From IMG/VR virus record IMGVR_UViG_3300049988_000286, positions 64,001 through 128,000 of that record: a stretch of 64,000 bases of DNA, one strand, 5' to 3'. Below, in pieces: positions 45,680 to 55,056 of the stretch (positions are counted from its first letter, which is position 1; each line of letters starts with the position of its first letter). The notes beneath the pieces were generated by a model. It made no database searches. It saw only the letters and a program-made list of their open reading frames with translations, and was not told where the DNA came from. The translations under genes were made by a program, and so were the position numbers. The DNA comes from a virus. Lineage: Duplodnaviria > Caudoviricetes.

Positions 45680-45913
45680 TTAGTCGCCGCCACCGCAGCC
45701 ACCATCACCACCTCCGCCTCCACCATCGCCGCAGCTTCCGCCGCCACCATCATTGGAGCCGCCACCACCATCGCTGACGAAGGACCAGAAGGAACCACCG
45801 TCGTCGCGGTAGCTGCTGCTGGATGAGTAACCTCGCGAGGAGGAGGTTGAACGACCCCTATGGTCGTTTCGGCTGGACCCTGCGCCCAGCCACTTTTTGA
45901 TGCTCTTGATCAT
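45680..45913 (-). CDS. Gly/Ser-rich small protein
   Basis: GGAG RBS; ends DGGGGS.CGDGG.GGGD. Confidence 0.6.
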   Translation of the reverse strand: MIKSIKKWLGAGSSRNDHRGRSTSSSRGYSSSSSYRDDGGSFWSFVSDGGGGSNDGGGGSCGDGGGGGGDGGCGGGD

Positions 45914-45954
45914 ATCTCCGATATACCACCATGGTGATGGGGTATCAAATAGAA

Positions 45955-46641
45955 TCAGCGTCGAACCAAAAACTCTTTGCAGTTGAGCGAATTGGTCAAC
46001 CACACGATCCTATCTCGATCGATCTCCTCGTTGAGCACCTTACCGCGCCGCCGCGTTTCTTCGTTGCGCTCGATCAAGTCATCGTTCCAAGAGGTGATCT
46101 CATCCCTGATATCGTCGCCATCGGTGATGAAGTTACGATGGCGGTCATAGATGTTGTAGTACTGGGGTGCTGATTTGTTCTTGACGTAATGCCGCCCCAT
46201 ATAGGTAGTGTAGCCGATGCGATCATAGGCATCGACGAGACGATCTATCTCTTTGTCGGTCAGGATGTCGCGAAAGTATGATTCGAAACCCGGCCCATGG
46301 TTGCGCCAACCTGCGAAACCTTCCGCTACGCGACGATCACTGGTCCATGAATTCAAGACACCGGTCTTCCAGCCCTCATAGCCGGTATCGAGCGCGAGAC
46401 CCCGGTAGAGGGTCACCACAACAGGAAGGCGAGCCCGCACGGGAGCGAACGCTGCATCGATCTCCTGCCAGACAGCATCTTGAGCGATGAAATGCTTTTC
46501 GAGAGCGCCTCCCGTCCAGTTTGCGGCTTCCCACTGCTGAATGGCGCGCTGCGCATCAGAGCCGAGTGTCGCCTTCGCACGCTTCGCCAAGGCGAAAACA
46601 TCACTCGGCGTGGCGCGCTCAAAGAGATCACAGGCACGCAT
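45955..46641 (-). CDS. ADP-ribosyltransferase-like protein with short leader
   Basis: MRACDLFE; TLYRGL...SWTSD..VA..FA...KEFLV. Confidence 0.65.
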   Translation of the reverse strand: MRACDLFERATPSDVFALAKRAKATLGSDAQRAIQQWEAANWTGGALEKHFIAQDAVWQEIDAAFAPVRARLPVVVTLYRGLALDTGYEGWKTGVLNSWTSDRRVAEGFAGWRNHGPGFESYFRDILTDKEIDRLVDAYDRIGYTTYMGRHYVKNKSAPQYYNIYDRHRNFITDGDDIRDEITSWNDDLIERNEETRRRGKVLNEEIDRDRIVWLTNSLNCKEFLVRR

Positions 46642-47084
46642 CAGCGAGGCACTACACGGTAGACGAGGCGCAACTTGGCGCGATTGGCTCCAAGGGTGTT
46701 GTGCCAGTCGCCATCCCGGAAGGAGATGGCGTGACCCTGCCGCTGCGCGTGAATGGATGCGTAGAGGTGCACGTCGGGATCGTTCTCGCGCAACCACACG
46801 GCGCTCTGGTTGACGGTCATGCCGCCGGGACGGATATGGGGATGGCACCACGGCATCTTGTAATAGCCATCAAGACGGTAGCCGAGTTGCGTGAAGATTT
46901 GGCTGGTCTGGATGGGAGTCAGGCCATTCCGACCAAAGAAGGGTTTGGCCACTTCCCAGACTTCATTCCAAGTCCTGCCAGTCAAGTTGGAGACAGCGAT
47001 AATCGCGCACGAGCCGATGTCGCGGGCTTGTTCGGGAGAGAAGGTGCCGCGAGTGCTGGCCTCGAAGAGGTCATGTAGGAGCAT
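46641..47084 (-). CDS. papain-like (C39-type) peptidase fold protein with short leader
   Basis: MLLHDLFE; SCAIIAVS.LTG...GHA....DG.W.NT. Confidence 0.5.
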   Translation of the reverse strand: MLLHDLFEASTRGTFSPEQARDIGSCAIIAVSNLTGRTWNEVWEVAKPFFGRNGLTPIQTSQIFTQLGYRLDGYYKMPWCHPHIRPGGMTVNQSAVWLRENDPDVHLYASIHAQRQGHAISFRDGDWHNTLGANRAKLRLVYRVVPR

Positions 47085-47089
47085 AGGCC

Positions 47090-47105
47090 TATTTAGGCCT
47101 AAATA
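47090..47105. promoter_or_regulatory. perfect palindrome made of two divergent TAAATA motifs
   Basis: TATTTAGGCCTAAATA; ATGs 5 and 4 nt away. Confidence 0.75.
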
Positions 47106-47109
47106 CTCG

Positions 47110-47718
47110 ATGAGAGAGTTGATCGATTTGATGGAAGACGGCGCACGCGACGACGTTCGCGCATTTTCACGAGACTTCAACGATCCCGCGATCGACCAGC
47201 GTGTTCAGCAGCAAGCCGCCCGCAAGAACCCCAAGTGGAAGAAGAGCCTCACCGCGCTCATGACCAAGCACGGCTTCAGCCTGATTGGCGCGGGGATCAA
47301 TGGCGCAGTGTTCCAAAACGCCGCCTACCCCTTTGTCCTCAAGGTCTATCGCAACGATCGCACCTACGATGAGTGGCTGCATTTTGCCCGCACGAACCGC
47401 GCCAATTCCTTGGTGCCACGGATCAAGGGGCAGCCGCGCCGCCTCAACGGCATCTTCTCCGTAGTGCGCCTCGAACTCCTTCAATCGTGCAATGTCGCGC
47501 TCGCCAACAAACTCGTGGACGAGATTCAAGAAGATATGGTGAGTTATGAGCGCGTGGCGGATTCCGAGAACCCAGATCGCCGTGCTGTTGCAAACTTCCT
47601 CCGAGATTGGGAACCCGCCTTTGACCTCTCGGCCCACAATGTCATGCAGCGTCCGAACGGCGAGATGGTGATCGTCGATCCCCTCTACCTCGAACCCGGC
47701 CGCGAGATCGACTGGTAG
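47110..47718 (+). CDS. protein-kinase-like protein with MRxxIxLxE leader
   Basis: MRELIDLME; IGAGINGAVF, VLKVY, DLSAHNVM, IVDP. Confidence 0.8.
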   Translation: MRELIDLMEDGARDDVRAFSRDFNDPAIDQRVQQQAARKNPKWKKSLTALMTKHGFSLIGAGINGAVFQNAAYPFVLKVYRNDRTYDEWLHFARTNRANSLVPRIKGQPRRLNGIFSVVRLELLQSCNVALANKLVDEIQEDMVSYERVADSENPDRRAVANFLRDWEPAFDLSAHNVMQRPNGEMVIVDPLYLEPGREIDW

Positions 47719-47749
47719 AAACAATTTGCAATCGGGCTTCTCCCCCGCG

Positions 47750-47757
47750 TATAAATA
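47750..47757 (+). promoter_or_regulatory. TATAAATA (full T4-type late-promoter consensus)
   Basis: Exact match upstream of the vWA operon. Confidence 0.65.
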
Positions 47758-47838
47758 TCTGGTAGGCCCACAAGTGGTGGAGTGCTTAGAGCACCATGGA
47801 TCAGGCGATCCGGGCAAAGCCTACAAGAGGAGAAGCGA

Positions 47839-48465
47839 ATGACTGCTACCCAGCAGCCAGACCACGCGCGCGACACCGCCGTGGTTGAGAATACAGATGT
47901 CACCTTTATCGAGTTCGTCCTCGACGAGACGGGCTCGATGCAGAGTTGCTACGACGCGACCCTGATCGGCTACGACGATTTCGTAGCAGAGCAACGCAAA
48001 CAGATTGGCGCGTGCTACCTCACCTTATCGAAGTTCGATTCGATGGGTATCCGAACCCCCTACGAGAATCTCCCGATCGAGATGGTCACACCGCTGACCT
48101 TTGAGCCCGGCCAGATGACCAACCTCTACGACACGATCGAGGTGCGCCTCGCTGCCGCCTTGGGGGCGTTCACTACCGGCAAGGCACTCTTCGTCATCAT
48201 GACCGATGGCGCGGACAACCAGAGCCGACCCGACGCGATCGATCGGGCACGAGACCTCATCATCCGTGCACAGGATAGCGGCATGGCAGTGCTCTTCCTC
48301 GGACCCACCGATTCGGCCCTCAATGTGGGCAAGCGTCTCGGCGTCCATGATGGCAACATCAAGTCGTTTCATACGACGAAGATGCGCGAGACCATGCGAG
48401 ATGTCTCCACCGCGACCAAGGCATTCCGCGCCGGAACAGCCGACAACACCAATCTGTTCGCTTGA
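47839..48465 (+). CDS. vWA domain protein
   Basis: FVLDETGSM, T.LYD.I, IMTDGADN.S. Confidence 0.9.
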   Translation: MTATQQPDHARDTAVVENTDVTFIEFVLDETGSMQSCYDATLIGYDDFVAEQRKQIGACYLTLSKFDSMGIRTPYENLPIEMVTPLTFEPGQMTNLYDTIEVRLAAALGAFTTGKALFVIMTDGADNQSRPDAIDRARDLIIRAQDSGMAVLFLGPTDSALNVGKRLGVHDGNIKSFHTTKMRETMRDVSTATKAFRAGTADNTNLFA

Positions 48466-48475
48466 GGTAATTGAA

Positions 48476-49345
48476 ATGCAGACCAACAATGTAGAAATGA
48501 CCGTGATCATTCACGGCAAGCCCGGCAGCGATGTCAAGTCTAACATCGCGCGTGAGTTCACGTCGCCGCAGGATCGTCAGAATTACATCGAGGGTCGTCC
48601 CGGCTCCGAGTTCTCGATCCGTCTCAAGAACCACAATCCCTACCGCGTCCTCGTCATGCTGGCCGTGGACGGTCTGTCGGTCCTTGATGGCAAGGCCGCT
48701 GGCGCGAAGTCGCCCGGCTACGTCCTTGAGGCCAACGACAGCTTGGATGTTCCGGGCTGGGTAGTCGATGGCTCCACCGCCGCGAAGTTCTTCTTCGCCG
48801 CACAGGAGAAGGGCTACAGCGCCGCCGTGGGGCAGGGTGTGGAGAACACCGGTGTGATCGCCGTTCAGGCGTTCCGGGAGAAGAATGCGCGGGTCGATCT
48901 CGCGAACCGGGGTACCAGCTTCCGTGGCTTCGCTCGCGGCGCTGGTGGGCAGTCGGTCGGCGGCAGCATGGTGAAGGGCATGGCCGCGAGCCGGGGAATG
49001 TCGGACGCGTTCGGAGGATCGGCTTCGCTGTCGTCGTTCGGCGCAACTTCGTTCAACGATAGCAGCGATTTCGTGTCCGCGTCGGCGTGCATGTCCATGG
49101 ATGCAGATCAGGGTAGCACGGAGGAGCAGAAGCTCTCAACGGGCTTCGGTGACGCCACCGACTTCAAGACCACCAAGACCGAGTTTCAGCGCGGCGATCT
49201 CCTCGCCGCGATGGTCCTGTGGTACCGCGACGAGCGCGGCCTTCGCAATGTCGGGATCGATGTCAATCGTCCGATCGAGCGTCGCGCCAATCCCTTTCCC
49301 GCCGACAGCACCGGCTGTGCGGTGCCGGAAGGCTGGAGCCGATAA
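48476..49345 (+). CDS. conserved hypothetical protein (vWA-associated)
   Basis: IEG..GSEFSIRL.N....R......VDGL.V.DG...GV IAVQAF.E. Confidence 0.75.
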   Translation: MQTNNVEMTVIIHGKPGSDVKSNIAREFTSPQDRQNYIEGRPGSEFSIRLKNHNPYRVLVMLAVDGLSVLDGKAAGAKSPGYVLEANDSLDVPGWVVDGSTAAKFFFAAQEKGYSAAVGQGVENTGVIAVQAFREKNARVDLANRGTSFRGFARGAGGQSVGGSMVKGMAASRGMSDAFGGSASLSSFGATSFNDSSDFVSASACMSMDADQGSTEEQKLSTGFGDATDFKTTKTEFQRGDLLAAMVLWYRDERGLRNVGIDVNRPIERRANPFPADSTGCAVPEGWSR

Positions 49346-49348
49346 AGG

Positions 49349-49379
49349 AATGGGGAGGTTTCGGCCTCCCCATTTTTTT
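49349..49379 (+). terminator. rho-independent terminator
   Basis: AATGGGGAGG/CCTCCCCATT plus T tract. Confidence 0.8.
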
Positions 49380-49402
49380 ACGAGGCGAGCGATAAATACT
49401 CG

Positions 49403-49936
49403 ATGAGGATATTCGAGCTATCGCGCCCCGACGTTCAAGAAGATGTTGCCCCAATCCTCGCGCGCGGCGGCTGGTCGATATATGGCGAAGGATATTACGC
49501 GCAAGTTTATGGTAGGGATGACAAAGATTACGTCTTGAAGGTCTTCGATTACCGAGATCGCGGCTACGCCGAGTTCCTCAAGCTTGTTGCCACCAACGCC
49601 AATCCGCACTTTCCAAAGATCATCGGTAAGCCGATCAAGATAACCTCGGGGTATTGGGCCGTCCGGATGGAGAAGCTCACGCCAGCGCCAGAGGCACTTC
49701 AAATCGGCATCTATCTCTCAACTCGCGATAATGGACCCAACCCGCGAAACTCACTCCAGATAGCAGCGCACGAACAGATCATGGAGTTGTTCGAGAGCCA
49801 GCCGTTGTTGAAGGATGCACTCGACTTGATAATCGACAACATCCTTCACAACAGTAGCATCGGGGCAGACCTCCACAAGGAAAACGTCATGAAGCGCTCC
49901 GATGGCACTCTGGTGATAATCGATCCGGTAAACTGA
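49403..49936 (+). CDS. protein-kinase-like protein with short leader
   Basis: MRIFEL; GEGYYAQVY, VLKVF, DLHKENVM, IIDP; TAAATA-N4-ATG. Confidence 0.8.
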   Translation: MRIFELSRPDVQEDVAPILARGGWSIYGEGYYAQVYGRDDKDYVLKVFDYRDRGYAEFLKLVATNANPHFPKIIGKPIKITSGYWAVRMEKLTPAPEALQIGIYLSTRDNGPNPRNSLQIAAHEQIMELFESQPLLKDALDLIIDNILHNSSIGADLHKENVMKRSDGTLVIIDPVN

Positions 49937-49948
49937 AACAGTTTCGCT

Positions 49949-50212
49949 TCACAGCCTTTCGATCAGGCCCTCTCTGATCATGTTGACCTCGCGGGTGGTC
50001 TCCTTGATCGCCTCATCGCTGACCACCGCACCGTTTTCACTTCGCGCCTCCCTCCCGATGCGGAAGGCACCTTCACGCCCGACTCCTCGGAACATGATGT
50101 CGAAGTAGATGCTCGCTATGCCAGCATCACCGGCTCGGTAAATCCTCGTCACGCCGCAGATTTGGTCGCGCTCAACAAGGCTCCCATCGACTTCGATGAA
50201 ACGCTCAAACAT
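49949..50212 (-). CDS. hypothetical protein
   Basis: AAAGGA RBS. Confidence 0.6.
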   Translation of the reverse strand: MFERFIEVDGSLVERDQICGVTRIYRAGDAGIASIYFDIMFRGVGREGAFRIGREARSENGAVVSDEAIKETTREVNMIREGLIERL

Positions 50213-50272
50213 TGCGATCCTTTCCCAATGAGCAGTGCCCTACTAGGGGCGGTCATTTGATTCCCTAATCCT

Positions 50273-50485
50273 CTAGGATAGTTCGCTACTCTGCGCAAGG
50301 GATTTGGTTGGAACCGGGAGTTCCTCACCCCGAAAGCACCTCGCGGCCTCGCTGGGATCGATCTCTCCCTTGCATTTCTGACACGTCGCGGACCCATCGG
50401 GATTGCGACGCCAGACATGCATCCGCTGACCTCGCGTTCGCGGTCCCTTGCATTCGAAGTACCAGAGGGGCAACATCTCACCCAT
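50273..50485 (-). CDS. small Cys-containing protein
   Basis: CQKC motif. Confidence 0.45.
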   Translation of the reverse strand: MGEMLPLWYFECKGPRTRGQRMHVWRRNPDGSATCQKCKGEIDPSEAARCFRGEELPVPTKSLAQSSELS

Positions 50486-50536
50486 ATCTCATAGTTCGCT
50501 CCTCGGATCAAGGCATCAGGGCGAACTAAATATCGG

Positions 50537-51124
50537 GTGAGTCATACCAACGATGTGCCGGGCCAGCCCCCGCGTAAACTCTCTGCCCGCAATCTCGCCG
50601 GATCGAGCGCAGACCGTCCCAAAGAGGATTTCTACCCAACTCCGCCCGAAGCCGTCCTTGCCCTTTTGGCAGAAGAGACCTTCGAGGGATCGATCTGGGA
50701 AAACAGTTGCGGGGATGGTGCGATCTGTCGGGTGCTCGAAGAGGCCGGATACCGCGATATCATCGCGACTGACCTCATCGATCGCGGTTACGGTGAAGCC
50801 CCGCACGACTTCCTCACCTCGACGCTAACCGCAGACAACGTGGTGATGAACCCGCCCTTCTCGATGGCGCAGCAATTCGTTGAGCTATCTCTTGCTCGCA
50901 CCACGGGTAAGGTAGCGATGTTGGGGAAGCTGGTTTTCCTAGAGGGTCAGAAGAGGAAGGCGTTCTTCACACAGACACCGCTGCGCACCGTCTATGTCTT
51001 CAGCAAGCGGGTCAACTTCTACCGCAATGGGGAGCGGGGTAATTACTCGACCTCCACGATGGCATTCGCGTGGTTCGTTTTCGAACATGGCTACACGGGT
51101 GAGCCGACGATCAAGTGGATATAG
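50537..51124 (+). CDS. DNA methyltransferase-like protein (N6-adenine/N4-cytosine type)
   Basis: DFYPTP, WENSCGDGAI, TDL, MNPPF; TAAATA-N4-GTG. Confidence 0.85.
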   Translation: MSHTNDVPGQPPRKLSARNLAGSSADRPKEDFYPTPPEAVLALLAEETFEGSIWENSCGDGAICRVLEEAGYRDIIATDLIDRGYGEAPHDFLTSTLTADNVVMNPPFSMAQQFVELSLARTTGKVAMLGKLVFLEGQKRKAFFTQTPLRTVYVFSKRVNFYRNGERGNYSTSTMAFAWFVFEHGYTGEPTIKWI

Positions 51125-51136
51125 GTTAAATACTTG

Positions 51137-51727
51137 ATGAAGGATTGGATCAACCTCGTCGAGCGTGCCGCCAACGGTGACGCAAATATCCGCCACGCAG
51201 CGGAAATCCTCCACGCCCATATGGTGCACGGACGCGCGCAGGATTGGCAGTACGAGAAGCTGCTGACCCTCCTTCCCCGCCCCGCGCAGGGCGCGACCCT
51301 CTATCGTGCAGAGCCGATGCTCGTGGAGGATATCGAGCGTCTCGATCAGGGTATCCGCTCGCCGATCAAGTCGCACTTCTTCTCATGGACGAAGGACGCG
51401 TCTTCGCTCAAGACGATCGCAATCGAAGTCAAGATGAATGCCCACACACTTCGCGATACGGGCAAACCGTTCAAGATCGTAGTGATCAAGAAGAACTTCC
51501 CCGCAGAGCAGATCGTCGTCGATCTGAACCAATTCCGACACAACTACCCCGATTCATTGACCCCGGATATGATGCGCGACCTAGCTATCCATTTCAACGA
51601 AGAGGAAGTCCTCGTCCTTGAGCGCGATCGTGTCATGAACCGACAGAACACGGTGGTGCTCAAGGATTCGATGACCAACCGGATCAAGGCCATGTTGGGT
51701 ATGAGTAACTCGGCGGTTAATGTCTAA
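51137..51727 (+). CDS. ADP-ribosyltransferase-like protein with MRxxIxLxE leader
   Basis: MKDWINLVE; TLYRAE...FSWTKD...NEEEVLV. Confidence 0.65.
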   Translation: MKDWINLVERAANGDANIRHAAEILHAHMVHGRAQDWQYEKLLTLLPRPAQGATLYRAEPMLVEDIERLDQGIRSPIKSHFFSWTKDASSLKTIAIEVKMNAHTLRDTGKPFKIVVIKKNFPAEQIVVDLNQFRHNYPDSLTPDMMRDLAIHFNEEEVLVLERDRVMNRQNTVVLKDSMTNRIKAMLGMSNSAVNV

Positions 51728-51750
51728 TTGGTCAATCGTCTAAATAGGTG

Positions 51751-52890
51751 ATGCGAGACATTATCGATATCATCACGGAAGCGGCACTGACAGAAGGTGG
51801 CGTGGAGAAGATTTCTATTCGGAACGGGATGCCGTTTTCTGTTTATCAGAATCCCAGCCGAGCAGTCGTGGTCAATATGGGACCATCGATGGAGTTTCGT
51901 GGCGTTATCGCCGACGACGATCTCTATATCTGGGACGCCTTCGACGGAACACATGACGATGTTGCCCAAGAATTGATAATCGATTGGCAGATCGAGTTCA
52001 AAGTCAAGGATAACAAGGTTGATAACGAGGAGGCCTTGGCGCATCGTCGCTTTCGACGTGCATTCGGTGATGGCATCGAGGCTGTGCTTGAGGAAATGCC
52101 CATCCAGTCCATCACGCGGCTCGGCGACTGGGACAAGTCATCGTCGTTCCGCGACGGTAAGGATCGCAAACTCCTGACATCGGAGAAGGCCATTCAGAAG
52201 ATGAAGGCGATGTGGAAATACCCCGATGAGGTAGATTACAACATCCTGCTGATCAACAACGCGGAGGCGAACCGCCACACCGAAGTGGGCGTCGTTCCTC
52301 GCGATAAACTTGCCAGCATGTTCCCGAAAACGATTTCCGCGATCGAGCCGCTGCTCCGCGACGATCAGGTCAACATCATCTTCACGAACAACAAGGGGGC
52401 GGCGCGCGTTCCCCTCACCGGCTGGGTAATGGCTCACCGCTTCGGTCACGCCATGCAGCGCTTCGGCACCAGCTACTATTTCGATGAGGCGGTCAAGGAG
52501 TTGGACAAAGCATTGGGTGAACTGATGGTCCACTACGGCGCTCGCCCGAACGACAAGGCGACGTTCCGCCGACCCTCCGCGCTCAACTCCACCAATTCGC
52601 GTGGTCTCCTCCATGCTCTGTGCACCTTCCGATCCGCGCGCGAGAAGAAATTGCGCAACTCGATGGAAGCCGTGCACGAATTGTTTGCCCAATACATCTT
52701 CACCGGTCGGATCAAATTCAACCCCATCCCCCGCCATTACCAGTATGGAGCGGTCAACTACACGTTCCGGGGCGATGAGGAGGATTATGAAGCGGAACAT
52801 GATCTCTTTGCCGATACCGTGATCTACAATCTCGAAAATTATTTCGAGACCGCGATCCACAACGTTGTCGGAAAAGTGCTGGTGATGTAA
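51751..52890 (+). CDS. hypothetical protein with MRxxIxIxxE leader
   Basis: MRDIIDIITE; W..AHRFGHA; TAAATA-N4-ATG. Confidence 0.75.
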   Translation: MRDIIDIITEAALTEGGVEKISIRNGMPFSVYQNPSRAVVVNMGPSMEFRGVIADDDLYIWDAFDGTHDDVAQELIIDWQIEFKVKDNKVDNEEALAHRRFRRAFGDGIEAVLEEMPIQSITRLGDWDKSSSFRDGKDRKLLTSEKAIQKMKAMWKYPDEVDYNILLINNAEANRHTEVGVVPRDKLASMFPKTISAIEPLLRDDQVNIIFTNNKGAARVPLTGWVMAHRFGHAMQRFGTSYYFDEAVKELDKALGELMVHYGARPNDKATFRRPSALNSTNSRGLLHALCTFRSAREKKLRNSMEAVHELFAQYIFTGRIKFNPIPRHYQYGAVNYTFRGDEEDYEAEHDLFADTVIYNLENYFETAIHNVVGKVLVM

Positions 52891-52899
52891 AGCCGGGGG

Positions 52900-53433
52900 A
52901 TGATCCCTGAACGCTTCCGCAAAGCCATCTACGAGCGCCACATCGCAGAGATGCAGATAGCGGAAGCGCGAGCCATCTACGAATCGACGATCTTCTCGCC
53001 CGAGCAGATCATCGACGAACTGCCCCGCGCGAAGTCGAGCCACATGTTCCTCATCCTCGATCAGCCACCCGATCGGAACAGGATCAAGCACGAGTTAACC
53101 AAAGAGATGATTAAGCGGATGCGTGAGCCATTCGCCAGAGCGGGCCTTCTACAAATCTGCCGTCCACGGCAGCGCACCGATGAGGAATGGGTGATTGAAG
53201 CCCGAGAGACTGAACTCTACTACCGTGCCACCAAGGCGGCAGAACAGGGCCTGTGGTGGGACGGCAGAGCCCAAACGCCTCATCACCCCTCGACGGTAAA
53301 GTGGTGGCGCGAGTACCTCGCGAGCGAACGCATCAGTCTCATGAAGATTCAAAAACTAGAGCGCAACGATCTCACTCAACCGTGCTTCGACGGCCTCGAC
53401 GTTGATGTCACCATGGCACGATTAAGGTTATAA
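52900..53433 (+). CDS. hypothetical protein
   Basis: 177-aa ORF. Confidence 0.6.
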   Translation: MIPERFRKAIYERHIAEMQIAEARAIYESTIFSPEQIIDELPRAKSSHMFLILDQPPDRNRIKHELTKEMIKRMREPFARAGLLQICRPRQRTDEEWVIEARETELYYRATKAAEQGLWWDGRAQTPHHPSTVKWWREYLASERISLMKIQKLERNDLTQPCFDGLDVDVTMARLRL

Positions 53434-53568
53434 ATCCGTGTTCGCATACGGTTAAGCCAATGTAAGGAATTTCTCTTGACCATGGAACCATTCCCGTTAT
53501 TAACAGCCACGCACCAAGCGACGCGGGGTTCCCAGCGTGGCTGATGGTTCAATTCGGGGAAGAGACAC

Positions 53569-54075
53569 ATGAGGATGAGGATTTTGCTGGTGGGCGCAGC
53601 CGCGCTCGCCATGCCCGCGCTGGCGTCGGCGCAGACGCTCGGTGAAGAGGGCAGCTTCCAGTTTCGCAATCCGGCGGAGCGCAGCGTCGCGCTATCGATC
53701 GCGCAGACCATCGAGGCCAAGCAGGGCGGTCAGTTCGAGGCAGGTTTCGGCGGCTTCGGCGGCACCGGTGCGGGTTCGGGCGCGGGTGGTTCGGCGGCGA
53801 ACACCAACAACCTGTTCCAGTTCATCGATCAGTCGCAGATCACCAACAACTGCACGTCGAGCGGCGGCGTCGGCTCGCCGATGTCGTGCGGGGGTGGCGG
53901 CTCCAACACCGTGTCGGGCACCAATCTGACGAGTTCGGGTAACTCGAACAAGTCGGATACGACGCTCACGGGCAACACCGTCACCAATGCCAACAACACG
54001 GCGAACAACACGCTGAACCGTGGCGACGGCAACAACAACACGTCGACCACGACGACGAACACGGGTGGCCGCTAA
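53569..54075 (+). CDS. secreted Gly/Asn/Thr-rich HfaA/curlin-like protein
   Basis: Sec signal ending ASA-Q; low-complexity N/G/T/S C-terminus; directly upstream of the CsgG/HfaB gene. Confidence 0.55.
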   Translation: MRMRILLVGAAALAMPALASAQTLGEEGSFQFRNPAERSVALSIAQTIEAKQGGQFEAGFGGFGGTGAGSGAGGSAANTNNLFQFIDQSQITNNCTSSGGVGSPMSCGGGGSNTVSGTNLTSSGNSNKSDTTLTGNTVTNANNTANNTLNRGDGNNNTSTTTTNTGGR

Positions 54076-54076
54076 C

Positions 54077-54994
54077 ATGGCGCGCCTTTCTGCCATCATG
54101 GCCCTCGCCGCCATGCTCGCCCCGAGTGTCGCTGTGGCGCAGGATCAGCCGATCTCGCTCAAGCTGGGATCAGCGCCGACCAACAATATCTCGCCGATGC
54201 AACTGGGCATCCAGTGCGTGCGGACGCGCCTCGACCAGCAGTCGAAGACGATGCGCTTCTCGGTCGGCGAGGTCCGTGACTATACGGGCAAATTCTCGAA
54301 CGAGGCCAGCGAGGGCGGTTTCCGCATCACGCAGGGCGGCACCCTGATGGTCATCTCGGCGCTCGGCCAGCTTGGTCAGCACGTCGATCTCGTGGAGCGT
54401 TACGACACCCGTATCGCCGAACAGGAGATCGCGCTGGCGCGCAACCAACTCGTGCAGGATCAGGGAGCCGGTGGAGCGATCCTCCGTCCCCTGACTGCGG
54501 GACAGTATTACGGCTCTGACTACTACATCGTCGGGGGCGTGACGGAAGCGAATTACTCCATCAGCAGCGGTGGCGCGGAAGTCCGTGTCATGGGTGTCGG
54601 TGGTGGTGCTCGCTACTATTCGATGAACGTCGCCGCCGACCTTCGGCTCGTCGATGCCCGAACCCTTCGGGTGATCAAGACGGTCTCGGTCCAGAAGCAG
54701 TTCGTCGGACACGAGGTCAAGGGCGATACTTTCCGATTCTTCGGAACGACGCTCATTGACATTAATGCCGGGAAGAAGAAGAACGAGCCCCTCCAGCTTG
54801 GTGTTCGCGCCACGCTCGAATACGGCACGCTCGATCTCATTTCGGCGGCGTTCGGGCAGGAATTCACTCCCTGTCAGGCACATGCCGACTACGGGTACAC
54901 GGCTGGGGTTCAGCAGCGTCTCGTGAAGGCTAGTCGGGGAGGGGCGACACAACTCGCGGCCTTCGCTGCTGGGTCGGCCAAGACCACGAAGTAA
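54077..54994 (+). CDS. hfaB: CsgG/HfaB family outer-membrane secretion pore
   Basis: VGEVRDYTGK, ITQGGTLMVISAL, VERYD, I.GGVTE.NY.I.SGG, VAADLRLVD..T, EPLQLGVR. Confidence 0.88.
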   Translation: MARLSAIMALAAMLAPSVAVAQDQPISLKLGSAPTNNISPMQLGIQCVRTRLDQQSKTMRFSVGEVRDYTGKFSNEASEGGFRITQGGTLMVISALGQLGQHVDLVERYDTRIAEQEIALARNQLVQDQGAGGAILRPLTAGQYYGSDYYIVGGVTEANYSISSGGAEVRVMGVGGGARYYSMNVAADLRLVDARTLRVIKTVSVQKQFVGHEVKGDTFRFFGTTLIDINAGKKKNEPLQLGVRATLEYGTLDLISAAFGQEFTPCQAHADYGYTAGVQQRLVKASRGGATQLAAFAAGSAKTTK

Positions 54995-55056
54995 GTGGCG
55001 ACACCGTTACAGGTCAGGTATGGTGCTTGACTTGGATTTAATTACAGGGAATTTCA

